From Neovahlkampfia damariscottae (taxonomy: Eukaryota), in assembly GCA_016618085.1 (NCBI GenBank), contig JABLTG010000023.1:1-64000 (forward strand): DNA of 64,000 bases, read 5' to 3'. The notes beneath the pieces were generated by a model. The model was not told the origin of the DNA and searched no databases. It saw only the letters and a list, made by a program, of their open reading frames with translations. This document shows, one piece after another, positions 1 to 10,617 of this stretch; the stretch's first letter is position 1, and each line of letters starts with the position of its first letter. Made by a program: the position numbers and the translations under genes.

Positions 1-269
1 GATCTCATCATTCCAAATAAAGAAGTGAAGGCATTTTTTTAAAAAGATTATTGAAGAATGATGAAATGGGTGAACAAAAATATCATTCTTTCATTCAAAG
101 TTTATTAGATGAAGATATTGAAAAATTTACAAAAGAATTATCAGATTATTTAATTTTTACATCAAGTTATCATGATTTTGACAATCAAGAGAAAGAAAAG
201 AGTTATCATTTATTTTTCCTTGGACTTATTCCAATAGAGAAAGTGGACTTGGAAGATATGATGTTTTAA
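1..269 (+). pseudogene. Disrupted fragment of bacterial-type AAA-ATPase-like / PD-(D/E)XK nuclease (DUF1703-like) gene
   Basis: Frame 1 reads DLIIPNKEVKAFF then stops; a different frame continues to EKSYHLFFLGL. IPNxEV and ExxYHxFxLGL are typical of this family. Frameshifted, and no C-terminal nuclease domain is visible. Confidence 0.6.
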
Positions 270-1012
270 TTATTCCAAAAGTCTCAGAGAAAAAGAAATT
301 GAGATATCTCAATCTCACCGCAAATGATTCCATGTTTAGATTAAAATTATTTTTTCACCAATACCCAGAATTGAAATGAAAATCAAAAAATGATGAACAT
401 CTAAAATTGCTTTGTTTGCATTTGGAGTATATAAATATATTAGAACAACCGATATTATCTGAAAGTTGTTTAACTCAACTCAATAAACTAATGAAATCAG
501 CTCACAACATTTGGACATTTCTCACCCGACAAGTTTCCAAATTAACAAAAAATGAAGCAAAGGTTGTTTATGATTGTTTAGTTCAAAAATTAAAAGATTT
601 AAAAGAAGATGAAAAAGATAAAACAATTGAAGTTGATATATTTACTGCAAAGACTTAGATTTAGATGCAAAAGTATTAAACGAACCATTTGCTTTTAAAG
701 ATTCTGATAAAGTAAGATTATTTTTAATTAATTTTGTTGAACAAGTTGTTTCTTTTATTTCAAAATTTTATGAAGGAAAAGATTTTTATATTTCATCAAA
801 TTCAAGAAAAAATATTAAAAATAGCATTTTGTTAATTTTAGCTGGTTGGAATAAAGATCCAGATTTTCACAAAAGTAATTTAACTTTTTTTAAAGAAACA
901 AGTTTAATTCTCTAGAAATGAGTTTTTTTGAGTCTCTTAGGTCCCATTTCAAAAACCACAACAAACGTTTTTCATTGGACAAGCTCATAACTGTTTTTTT
1001 TTTGTTATTTTC

Positions 1013-1686
1013 ATGGAGAAGAAAGAAACAACAAAGAAAAAATTCACAAATCTAATAAAAACAGCACTAAATCATTCTAGTTCATTGGAAGGAGAACTTG
1101 ATTATCTACGACTCAACAAAATCCGGCTGTCCATCTCTTCTTCACCAAAAGATGATCCACCAAGCAGACCAGTGTCACCAAAAGAAGATGCAATGTTAAA
1201 AAATAATAGTTCAACCAAAACAAAACAAGAAAATTATGAAAATCATAAAAAAGAACGTGCTTTAAAAATACTGGAAGAATTAACACAAGAAACAACAGAC
1301 GTAAAAAAAAAATCATCTAAAAAACTTTTAGTCTGAAATGTCTGATACATATACTGTAATTGAAAAAAAAAATATTTACTTATTTTTCAGACTGGCAGTG
1401 CTGATTCTATTTCTCCGACTTTTTCTTTATCAAATATTTTTCAGGAGCAAAAATTAGGTTTAAAACCAGCAAAATCAACTCGAAGATCAAAATCAAAATC
1501 ACCACGTCAAATTACTCCAAGAGAACTTTTGAAAAAAAAAATTAGTTGGAATTCAAGTACAATGAATAAAACAATGGAAGAAGTTCTCAATGAAGACAAA
1601 TTTTATGGAAATGAGACATTATCAAAGTCTTCTCCTGCTTTATTTATACAATCAGAAACAAACGGAAAAACAAAAAAACTGAAATG
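1013..1686 (+). CDS. Hypothetical Ser/Lys-rich low-complexity protein (3 exons)
   Basis: ATG 1013 with ATTGG at ~974. Putative introns 1301-1331 and 1356-1390 flank a 24-nt exon (SEMSDTYT) and restore frame to TGA at ~1686. Confidence 0.5.
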
Positions 1687-1842
1687 AAAAAATTTTAACA
1701 AAGAAAGCAGTGACAAATTCAGTTAAAGGTTATGAAGTGAGACTTTCAAAAAAAATACAGCGTTGGGTTAAACTCAAATTCGAATTCATAGCTTTAGGTA
1801 ACTCAAAAAAACAAAAAAAAATCTTTTCTTGAAATTAGGAAA

Positions 1843-2764
1843 TTAAAGTCTATTTTTGAATTTTGGTGTTTTCTTTTGCATGAATGACATAATTGCTTCA
1901 TTTAAATCTTCAGAACGTAAAAAAGCAGAATTCCAAAGTGCAACGTATTCCAAACCTTCTGCAACTGAATGTTCAGATGAATAATCAAGTATATGTTTTG
2001 TTGCTTGAACAACTAACGGTGAATTTGATGAAATGATAGATGCCATTCTTCTTGCTTCTTTTAATAATTCTTCTTTTGTTTCAAATACATTATTGACTAA
2101 ACCGAATTTTGAAACATGTACACTTGTATAATCAGATCCTGTTAATGACATTTCCATCTATCATAAGTTTTTTAATTTTTTATTTTGTCTTACAGCGTAT
2201 CCTTTTCCAATTATTTTTGTTAATCTTTGAAGTGTTCCTAAATCTGCTGTAATTGCGATTTGGGTTTCACGAACTGAAAATTTTGCATCTGCCGAACATA
2301 AACGAATATCACAAGCAGTTATTAAATCAATTCCTCCTCCTGATTTTTTTTCTTAAAATAAATTCTTGTTTTACCAATACAGTAATTATGAACAGCAGAA
2401 ATGACTGGTTTTTTACATTTGGCTATTGCAGTGAATGCTGATTGCCATCTTCTTACAGCTTCTAAAAACACAGATGCTGTTGTAGCTTGAGAACCGTAAT
2501 TCTTTGTGAACAAAGAAGAAGCAGATTGTAAATCCAAACCAGCAGTGAACATTTTACCTATGAATTAACAAAAAATTTTAAATTACCTTCTGCCCAGATT
2601 AAAACGACATTTGTTTTTTCATCTTTATCTAATGTATCAAAAATAGTTTTACATTCATCAAAGAACAGAGGAGTCATGGAATTCAGTTTTTTTGGTCTAG
2701 ATAAAATAACTTCTGTCACTCCATTTTCATTTCTTTCCACTCTAAAATGTTTTAAATCTTGCAT
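1843..2764 (-). CDS. ECH1: Delta3,5-delta2,4-dienoyl-CoA isomerase (crotonase family), probably peroxisomal
   Basis: Introns 2558-2586, 2340-2374 and 2158-2193 give FTAGLDL...CIGGGIDLITACDIR...ADLGTLQRL. C-terminal NRL is PTS1-like. Confidence 0.85.
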
Positions 2765-2933
2765 TTGTTGAGGAAAGTTTGTGAAAATTTTGGATTGAAA
2801 TTATTGGTTGAATTCCTGATACACAATTTTGAGGGTGTTGATAGTTTTAGAATTTGATTTTGTGTATAAAAGAAAAAGTTACAAATTTTGATAAATTATT
2901 GTTGGACGGTGGAAAATAATCCAATCAAAACAA

Positions 2934-3101
2934 ATGGAATCACAAAATCTTGCACCAGAAAGAAAAGAAGGAGAATCAACTGAAGATTATCAAAAAAGAG
3001 TAGATGAATACGAAAAAAGTGTCAGAGACTACTGGTCAGCAGAAAACATGAAAGACGCAAAACCAATGGAAATGCCAAACCCAAATGAAAAAAAAAAATA
3101 A
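2934..3101 (+). CDS. 55-aa microprotein, paralog A (YWxxExMxxAxP motif)
   Basis: MESQNLAPERKEGESTEDYQKRVDEYEKSVRDYWSAENMKDAKPMEMPNPNEKKK*. CCAAT at 2921; ungapped similarity to paralog B. Confidence 0.75.
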   Translation: MESQNLAPERKEGESTEDYQKRVDEYEKSVRDYWSAENMKDAKPMEMPNPNEKKK

Positions 3102-3231
3102 ATATTTTTAAAAAAAAAGTTAAAACCAAAAGAAAACACCAATTAGGTATCTTTTTGAAGTACATAAAAAAACCAAAATTAGTTTTTCTTCTCATTGGAC
3201 AACTGAAAAAAAACATCAAGTTGAAAAGAAA

Positions 3232-3381
3232 ATGAAAAACTCAAAAGCAACAAGTCACAACATAGTTGAAAGAAAAAAAGGAGAAACTGAAGCTCAATAC
3301 CAAAAAAGAGTTGAAGAAGAAACTAAAAGAGTAAAAGATTACTGGACAAAAGAAAGAATGGAAAAAGCAATACCAATGTAA
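3232..3381 (+). CDS. 49-aa microprotein, paralog B (YWxxExMxxAxP motif)
   Basis: MKNSKATSHNIVERKKGETEAQYQKRVEEETKRVKDYWTKERMEKAIPM*. ATTGGAC at 3194. Confidence 0.75.
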   Translation: MKNSKATSHNIVERKKGETEAQYQKRVEEETKRVKDYWTKERMEKAIPM

Positions 3382-3425
3382 AAAGAAAAAGAATAAAACA
3401 GTTTATGTATTCGCACAAAAAAGAT

Positions 3426-4247
3426 TTATTTTTGGAATTGGGATTTTTTACCTGAAACCATAAGAAAATCAGTGTGTTGTTGATAAAGAGTCATTGGAAT
3501 GTCTTCTTGTTCCCATAAATCAGGTGTTAAGAAACCGTATGTTTTTTTAAGAGCATAGAAAGTAGCTTTGATAAAGTTTCCTAAAGTTTTTGTGTGACCT
3601 GCTGAATTTGTATAAACATCATCAATTCCTGCAAAGTGTAAGAGTTTAGCTGGAACTGGTGAAGCAACAACACCTGAACCTTTTGGTGCTGGAATTAAAC
3701 GTACTCTAACTGAACCACATTTTCCTGTAACTTTACATGGAACTGTATGTACTTTTCCTAACATTTCACCCCAGTATCCTCTTCTGATTGGAACAAGTGA
3801 TAATTTAGCTAAGATAAGAGCACCTCTAATAGCAGTAGCAACTTCTTTAGCGCATTTAACTCCGAGACCGCAATGTCCGTTTTGATCTCCAATAATAACA
3901 AAAGCTTTGAATCTTGTTCTTTGACCAGCACGTGTTTGTTTTTGTACTGATGAGATTTTCATAACTTCGTCTTTTAATGAATCTTTGAAGAAGTGATCAA
4001 TAATTTGATGTTCTTTGACTGGAAGTGAATGAAGATAGATTTCTTCAATTGATTTGATTTTTCCATCTTTAACGAGTCTTCCAAGTTTTGTGAAAGGAAT
4101 CCATTCTTGTTCTTGTGGACCGTTTCTACCGAATTTTCCACCTCTTCCACCTCTGCCACCACGGCCACCTCTTCCTCTTTCTCCACCACGACCTCCACGG
4201 CCACCTCTGTCACCACCTCTTCCTCTTCCTCTTCTTTCTCCTTCCAT
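3426..4247 (-). CDS. RPS2: 40S ribosomal protein S2 (uS5)
   Basis: RGG-rich N-terminus, [37 protein letters not shown]. Intronless. Confidence 0.98.
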   Translation of the reverse strand: MEGERRGRGRGGDRGGRGGRGGERGRGGRGGRGGRGGKFGRNGPQEQEWIPFTKLGRLVKDGKIKSIEEIYLHSLPVKEHQIIDHFFKDSLKDEVMKISSVQKQTRAGQRTRFKAFVIIGDQNGHCGLGVKCAKEVATAIRGALILAKLSLVPIRRGYWGEMLGKVHTVPCKVTGKCGSVRVRLIPAPKGSGVVASPVPAKLLHFAGIDDVYTNSAGHTKTLGNFIKATFYALKKTYGFLTPDLWEQEDIPMTLYQQHTDFLMVSGKKSQFQK

Positions 4248-4394
4248 TTTTTCTTGTAGGTTGTGTTGTATTCTGTTTTGAAAAAATCAAGCGAAAACTT
4301 TTCTGATTGGTCTGTTAATATAAACAATTCTGATTGGTAATTTTTTTCAATTGGAAAAAAAAAAATAAAAAATGATTTGAAAAATGATTTATTT

Positions 4395-5133
4395 TTAAAT
4401 TTCAAAATCGAAATAATAAGGAGCAACTAAAGGTTTCCACTCAGAAGCAGAATTAATAAAAGTTGTTTCATCAATAGTAACATAACCATTTCTACCATGA
4501 ACATGTCCAAAACAATGAACTTTTGGTTTGATCTTTTCAACAACTTCCTTCAAAACTTTACATCCTTCATTTTGATCCAAAATACCAAAAGGAGGTACAT
4601 GAGTGACCAGAATATCTGTATCCAAAGGAATTTGATTCCATATCTTCAACGCATTTCCTTTCGCTCTAAAAGCCATAATTCTACCAACTGAAAAATTTAA
4701 TTTTTTTTTTTTTTTGACCTGTCATCGTTGGACTTCCATAAAATTTAATATTTTCAATGATAACAGATTCGTTTTGAATATATGTACAATTTGTCAACTG
4801 TTTTTGAATTTCTTCTTTTGTCTGGTGATGATACGAATCATGATTACCGCAAATTACAAGTTTGTGTTTGTGTGGTAGTTTACCTAATTGTTCATTAAAC
4901 TCTTTGATTACATCTTCACCACCTCCATTTGAAAAATCTTTCAAAAAACTTTTTAATTTTTTTTTTTTTTTTTTTTTACCTCCACAATGAATAAAAATGT
5001 CACCATTAGGTATTTCTGTTGTTTCCATTAATTCACCCATTTTTTCATGTGTATCAGATATACAAACAATTCGAACTTTTTTTGTTGTTTTTTTCTCAAA
5101 ATTTATTTTTACATAAGTTGGTGTTGTTGACAT
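4395..5133 (-). CDS. Metallophosphoesterase (MPPED1/2, 239FB-like), paralog 1
   Basis: ISDTH, HCGD (across intron 4938-4979), GNHD, THVPP, FGHVH. Second intron 4688-4718. Confidence 0.9.
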
Positions 5134-5169
5134 TTATCTGTCAAAACTTTTTGATGATTGGATGATAAT

Positions 5170-5935
5170 TCATTTTTTTAAATCTAAATCAAAGTAAAAT
5201 GGAGCGAAAAGAGGTTCCCATTCACAAGCACAATTAATAAATGTGATATTTTCGACCATTTTATAACCATTCTCTGCATGGATATGACCAAAGCAATGTA
5301 TCTTTGGTTTAACTTCTTTTACTTTCTTAAGTAAAGCATTGCATCCGTATTTATGATCCAAAATACCATAAGGAGGCATGTGTGTCATTAAAACATCAAT
5401 TTCTTTTGGAATTATAGACCATACTTGATCAGGATCATCAGTTGTTCTAAATGCCATTCTTGGGCCACCTAAAAGTTTTCAATTTTTTCTTAATTTTACC
5501 TGTCATCATTGGACTTCCAAAAAATTTTAAACCAAAAATTTCAACAGATTCATTTTCAAGATATGTACAATTGAATAACAGTTTTTGTGTTTTTTCTTTT
5601 TTTTGATGATGGTACGAGTCATGATTTCCACAAATAACAAGTTTGTATTTATGAGGTAATTTTCCGATTTGTTCATTGAATGCTTTGATTGCGTCTTCGC
5701 CACCTGCATGTGTAAAATCTAATGAAATGAAAAAAATAAAGTTTTTACCACCACAGTGAATCAAAACATCTCCTTCAGGTATTTCTGTAGTTTTCATTAG
5801 TTCTTGTAGTTGTTCATGAGTATCTGATATACAAACCACACGTATTTTTTCATGCTTATGGCCACTTTTTACATCAACATATTTTGCTTTTAATTTTTCC
5901 TTCTGAACGTTTTTTTCTGTTGTTGAAGATTTCAT
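5170..5935 (-). CDS. Metallophosphoesterase (MPPED1/2, 239FB-like), paralog 2
   Basis: ISDTH, HCGD (across intron 5719-5748), GNHD, THMPP, FGHIH. Second intron ~5469-5499, at the same position as in paralog 1. Confidence 0.9.
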
Positions 5936-5953
5936 TGGTCGAAAATGAAGAAG

Positions 5954-7053
5954 TTAAAAAGTTTTTTTATTGAAATTTTTAAATCCACATCCAACGCATG
6001 ACATTACAATCGAATTTTCTTCCTCTGAAATTTTGAAAGTCACTCCAAAAAATTTTTTAATATTTCTCAAGTAATCAACACTATAGTCACTCAATTTTCC
6101 TAATCGTACTTTTGATACGTCTTCAGGACATAATGCCATATATAATAACATTAACCATTGATTATTTGTGTCAACACAACCACCTTTTTCTATTTCATCG
6201 CATAGTAATTTCGAAGCTAATATTCCTAAATCTTCTGGAACTTGACCAGAAGTGCCTGTACATTCAACGGATAACCTACAATCTGTATCTGTTTCTGCTT
6301 GTAATAAAATTGCAAAACCTGGTGATAAACCACTCTTCTTTCCTTGATAATTATCTGTAAAAACCCAAACATCAGGTATAAATTTATTTAACAAAGCTCT
6401 TGAACTTTCAATTGCTCTACTTGAAAAAGCAGGTGATACTCTTGTTGAATATGAAATTCCACGAACTCTTTTTATCATACCTTCGTCTACAAGTTGAATT
6501 GGTTTTAAACTTTTCACAATTGGACATGTGAATTGGATCTCACCTCCTCCGTTTGGTGAAGCACCCCTTTTTAAAATTTGAATTGCAGGTGTTTCTTCTA
6601 ATCCAAATTTTTTCATCAAAATTAAAGTTGTATTTCTAAATGTATCTACAGAAAGATCTCTTGAATGATTTGTTATACCAGTCAATTTTATGGAAATCGG
6701 TTTTTTAGCAAAAGGAGCTAAACAAACTAATCCTTCTAAAAAATATCCCATTCCTCTTGAAAGTGAACAATCGTGTGTTAAATGTGAACCACCCAATATA
6801 ACACCAGGTTTATAAATTAAATTTGTTCCAGTTTTATCAATTTCAATAGTTGTTCCTTTAGTTAAAGTGTCCATTAACCTTAAAAAACCACCTTCGTAAT
6901 CTTTTTTTTTTTTAATTTTTTTTTAAATTTCTTACTCCTAAGACCTGGATTGTTATCGTTTGTTCTTATATCTTTTATTTCAATTGATTTACCAGTTAAG
7001 GTAGCACATATTATTCTCTGTCTAAATTGTTGACTTCCATAAAACACTTCCAT
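5954..7053 (-). CDS. RCL1: RNA 3'-terminal phosphate cyclase-like protein (18S rRNA biogenesis)
   Basis: MEVFYGSQQFRQRIICATLTGK...PGLR|NYEGGFLRL (intron 6901-6935), RGASPNGGGE, SPGF. Confidence 0.93.
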
Positions 7054-7147
7054 TTGTCCAATTTTTCTTGAAACAATAAAGTGAATCAATTCGTCAATTA
7101 ATTTTCCGCCAATTAAATTTGCCCATTTCAACACAACTTTTTGCACA
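7054..7147. promoter_or_regulatory. Compact bidirectional promoter between RCL1 and BOP1 with CCAAT boxes
   Basis: 94 bp between divergent ATGs; CCAAT at ~7058 and ~7109. Confidence 0.6.
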
Positions 7148-9452
7148 ATGGAAAACGAAGCAAAAAAACCAAAAGAAAAAAAATTAAGAAAACCAAAAAC
7201 AAAGAAATCTAAAAAAAGAGATTTTGAAGAGATAAAACAAGAAGAAAAAAAAATACAAGAAAATGCATCATCCTCAGAAGAAGAAATTGAACCAAGCAGT
7301 GTAAAAGAAGATGAAGAAGAAATTTATATGAGTGATGATTTTGAATTCTTAGATGAAGGAGAAGATGATAATGATTTTGATTTTTCAAGTGAAGAAGACA
7401 TTGAAGAAGATGATGTAAAGTCAAAAGTTATTTCTGTTGTTGATGAATCAGAAGGGCCAAAGGTTAAAAATGAAGTTACAAAAGCACCTCTTTTTAAAGA
7501 TGTTGAAGATGATGATGATGAATCAGAAGATGAAGTAAAAAACCTCATAAACAAAAAATTAATTTTTTTAAAAAGGCGGATATAAATAAAATTGGAAAAG
7601 TACCTTTAAAATGGTACGAAGAATATGATCATATTGGTTATACTTTAGATGGTAAAAAAATCATGAGAAAAAAACAAGGAGATTCATTGGATAATTTAGT
7701 AGCAAGTCATGATGACCCAAATTATTTGTAATTTTTTGAAAAAAAATGATTAATATTTTTAGACGAAAAGTTTATGATGAAAAAAATGATAGAGAATATG
7801 TTTTGACCAATGACGATTTCAATGTAATTTTATCCATTGAAAAAGGTCAATTTCCACCTGGTTATGAACCATATCAAGATTATGTTGATTGGTTAGAATA
7901 TGATTCAAGATTTCCATTACACGGAACACATGAACCAAAAAGAAATTTTCAACCTGATAAAGGTGAACATAAAAAAATTGTCGAAATTATGAGAAAAATG
8001 AAAAATGGACAATATAAATCAGAGCAACAAGTTGTTAAACATAAACCAATGTATTTAATGTGGGGTGAAGATAATAATTTAATAGACGGAGAAAAAGTTC
8101 AAACTAGAAAAACATTAAAAGCTCCAAAAATATCATTACCTGGACATAGAAGAAGTTATAACCCACCTGAAGAATATGGAACTAAAATTTATTCAAGTTT
8201 ACGTGAAGTACCTGTTGATCCAAATTTTATACTTGATCGTTATAATAGATGTTTAGATTTATATTTAGCACCAAGACATGAAATTACAAAAAGAAAATTG
8301 ATTAACCCAGAAGCTCTTTTACCTGAATTGCCAAAACCTGAAGAATTAAGACCATTTCCTGAAATTTTATCTGTTATTTATGAAGGACATGAACATATTG
8401 TTCGTTCAATTTCAGTTGATCCAACTGGTAAATGGTTAGTATCGGCATCTGATGATGAAACTGTTAGATTATGGGAAGTTGATACTGGTAGATGTACAAG
8501 AATTTGGAGATTTACGGGATGTGATATTGGAAATGTTGAATGGAATCCAAACCCAGAAGTTAATGTTTTTGGTGTTACTGTTGATAATCTTGTTTATTTA
8601 ATTCAACCAAAAGAAACAGCTAATGAAGAAGTTAACATTAAAACATCTTTATTATTTCCTGAAGAAGATGAAGAATCACTTGAAATTGATATTGAATCAA
8701 GAACAAAAACAGATAGAAAAAAAGTTTTATTAAAATGGCAATACAAAACAGAAAAGTCATTGAGAGAACAAGGAATTGTATTAACTTTAGAACATTTAAA
8801 AAAAGTAACTCAAATTACATGGCATCCAAAAGGTGATTATTTTGCAACTTTATCACCTGAAGCATATAATGATGGTATTATCATTCATCAATTGACAAAA
8901 GCACAATCACAAAAACCATTTAAAAAATCCCAAAGATTTAAAGGTGTTAAATTAACAAGTTTAAAATTTCATCCAAACAAGCCTTTATTCATTGTTGTTA
9001 CACAAATCTCTGTTAAAATTTACAATTTAGTTCAACAAAAATTACATAAAAAATTAAAAGGAAAAACAAGTTGGTTTTCATCAGTGGCAATACATCCATC
9101 AGGAGATCATTTAATCTCAGGAGGATATGATAGAAAATTAGAATGGTTTGATATTGAAATCTCAGCAACTTCATTCAAAACATTTAAATATCATAGTAAA
9201 GCTGTTAGATCTGTTGCATTTCATCAAACATATCCACTTTTTGCAACATGTTCTGATGATGGTTACATTAGAGTTTTTCATTGTACTGTTTTTGATGATT
9301 GGTTAAAAGATCCAATGATTGTTCCTGTTAAAATTTTAAAAGCACACAAAAGAACATCTGAATTAGGTATTTTAGATTTAAAATTTCATCCAACTCAACC
9401 ATGGCTTTTCACATCAGGTGCTGATCAATCAATTAGATTATTCTCATCTTAA
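7148..9452 (+). CDS. BOP1: Ribosome biogenesis protein BOP1/ERB1 (BOP1NT + WD40)
   Basis: Introns 7535-7575 and ~7728-7762 give IGKVPLKWYEEYDHIGY, SYNPPEEY, RCLDLYLAPR, LPKPEELRPFP, FHPTQPWLF. Confidence 0.95.
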
Positions 9453-9716
9453 AATCTTTAATTTTGATTAAACTTTTTAATTTTTTCAATCCAATTGGCT
9501 CTTTGAAATGTTTGTTTTTATCATTTTCTAAAAATTTGTTTTCAAATCAATTTCATTCCAGTGTGAGAGCATCTTAAAAAGTATTTGTTTGATTTTTCAC
9601 AACAAAAAGCAGAATTAAAAAAGAAGATTTGGATTGTTATCGTTTGCAGACTTTTCAATAAATGACAGTAAAAAGATGAGAAATTTGATTGGTTTTTTTT
9701 TCCACAGAACATTTTT

Positions 9717-10415
9717 ATGAACAGCTGGTTGAACAAATCAAAAAAAATAATTGGTATCCTCCAAAACTATGAGGCTCATGCTATCGAAATGAAATCAAAA
9801 ATACCTCCAACAGAACCTCTATTTTTCTTAAAACCAACAACAAGTTTTCTCTTCAACAAAAAAAACCAAAATAAACCAATTTTGATACCAAAAGGATGTA
9901 TTATCCATCATGAAGGTAAAAATAAGAATAAAATATTTAAAAAAAAAAAAGTTGAACTTGGTGTAATTATTTCAAAAACTGGAAAAAAAATTCCAATTGA
10001 AAAAGCAATGGATTACGTAGCAGGATATTGTTTATTTTTAGATATGACAGCAAGAAATATTCAAGCAGAAGCTAAACAAAAAGGATTACCATGGGACAAG
10101 GCAAAAGGTTTTGATACCTTTGCTCCAGTCTCTGAATTCATTTCACACGAAAAAGTTAAAACCTCTGAAAATTTGAATTTATGGTTAAAGATCAATGATA
10201 AAATGATTCAAAATGGTAATACCTCAAATATGATCCATTCTATTCCAAAATTAATTCACACATTAAGTCATGTGATGACTTTGGAAGAAGGAGATTTTAT
10301 TGCAACTGGAACACCAGAAGGAGTTGGACCTGTAAAAGCAGGTGATGTTGTTACAGCTGGAATTGAAGGATTTGAAGAATCTGAAGTGAGATTTGAAGTG
10401 AAAAATGATGAATAA
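9717..10415 (+). CDS. FAHD1: Fumarylacetoacetate hydrolase domain protein (acylpyruvase/oxaloacetate decarboxylase)
   Basis: FFLKP, HHE|VELGV (in-frame 36-nt intron 9916-9951), DMTARNIQ, GLPWDKAKGFDT, TGTPEGVG. Confidence 0.92.
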   Translation: MNSWLNKSKKIIGILQNYEAHAIEMKSKIPPTEPLFFLKPTTSFLFNKKNQNKPILIPKGCIIHHEGKNKNKIFKKKKVELGVIISKTGKKIPIEKAMDYVAGYCLFLDMTARNIQAEAKQKGLPWDKAKGFDTFAPVSEFISHEKVKTSENLNLWLKINDKMIQNGNTSNMIHSIPKLIHTLSHVMTLEEGDFIATGTPEGVGPVKAGDVVTAGIEGFEESEVRFEVKNDE

Positions 10416-10617
10416 AATTGTCATATTTTCGCCGAATTAATCAAATATGAAGAATTTCTGTTAGTTTTTTTGGTCCAAATTTTGCGCTATGATTCAATAA
10501 TGCCAAAGAATTTATTTTGTGTGCAAATGTACAAAAGTGTTTGTTTATTGAGAGAAATTCTCTATCCATTGATCTTCATTATAAGTCTTAGATTTTTTTC
10601 CCTCACATCCTTTTGAT

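Noticed and set aside
1660..1835. Intron-like A-rich stretch ending AAAG without a GT donor (possible non-canonical intron)
   Set aside because: No homology to fix the reading frame, and the gene can end normally at TGA ~1686.
3974..4426. Alternative-frame and antisense ORFs over RPS2 (3974-4426, 4054-4281, 4115-4306)
   Set aside because: By-products of the RGG-encoding low-complexity repeat.
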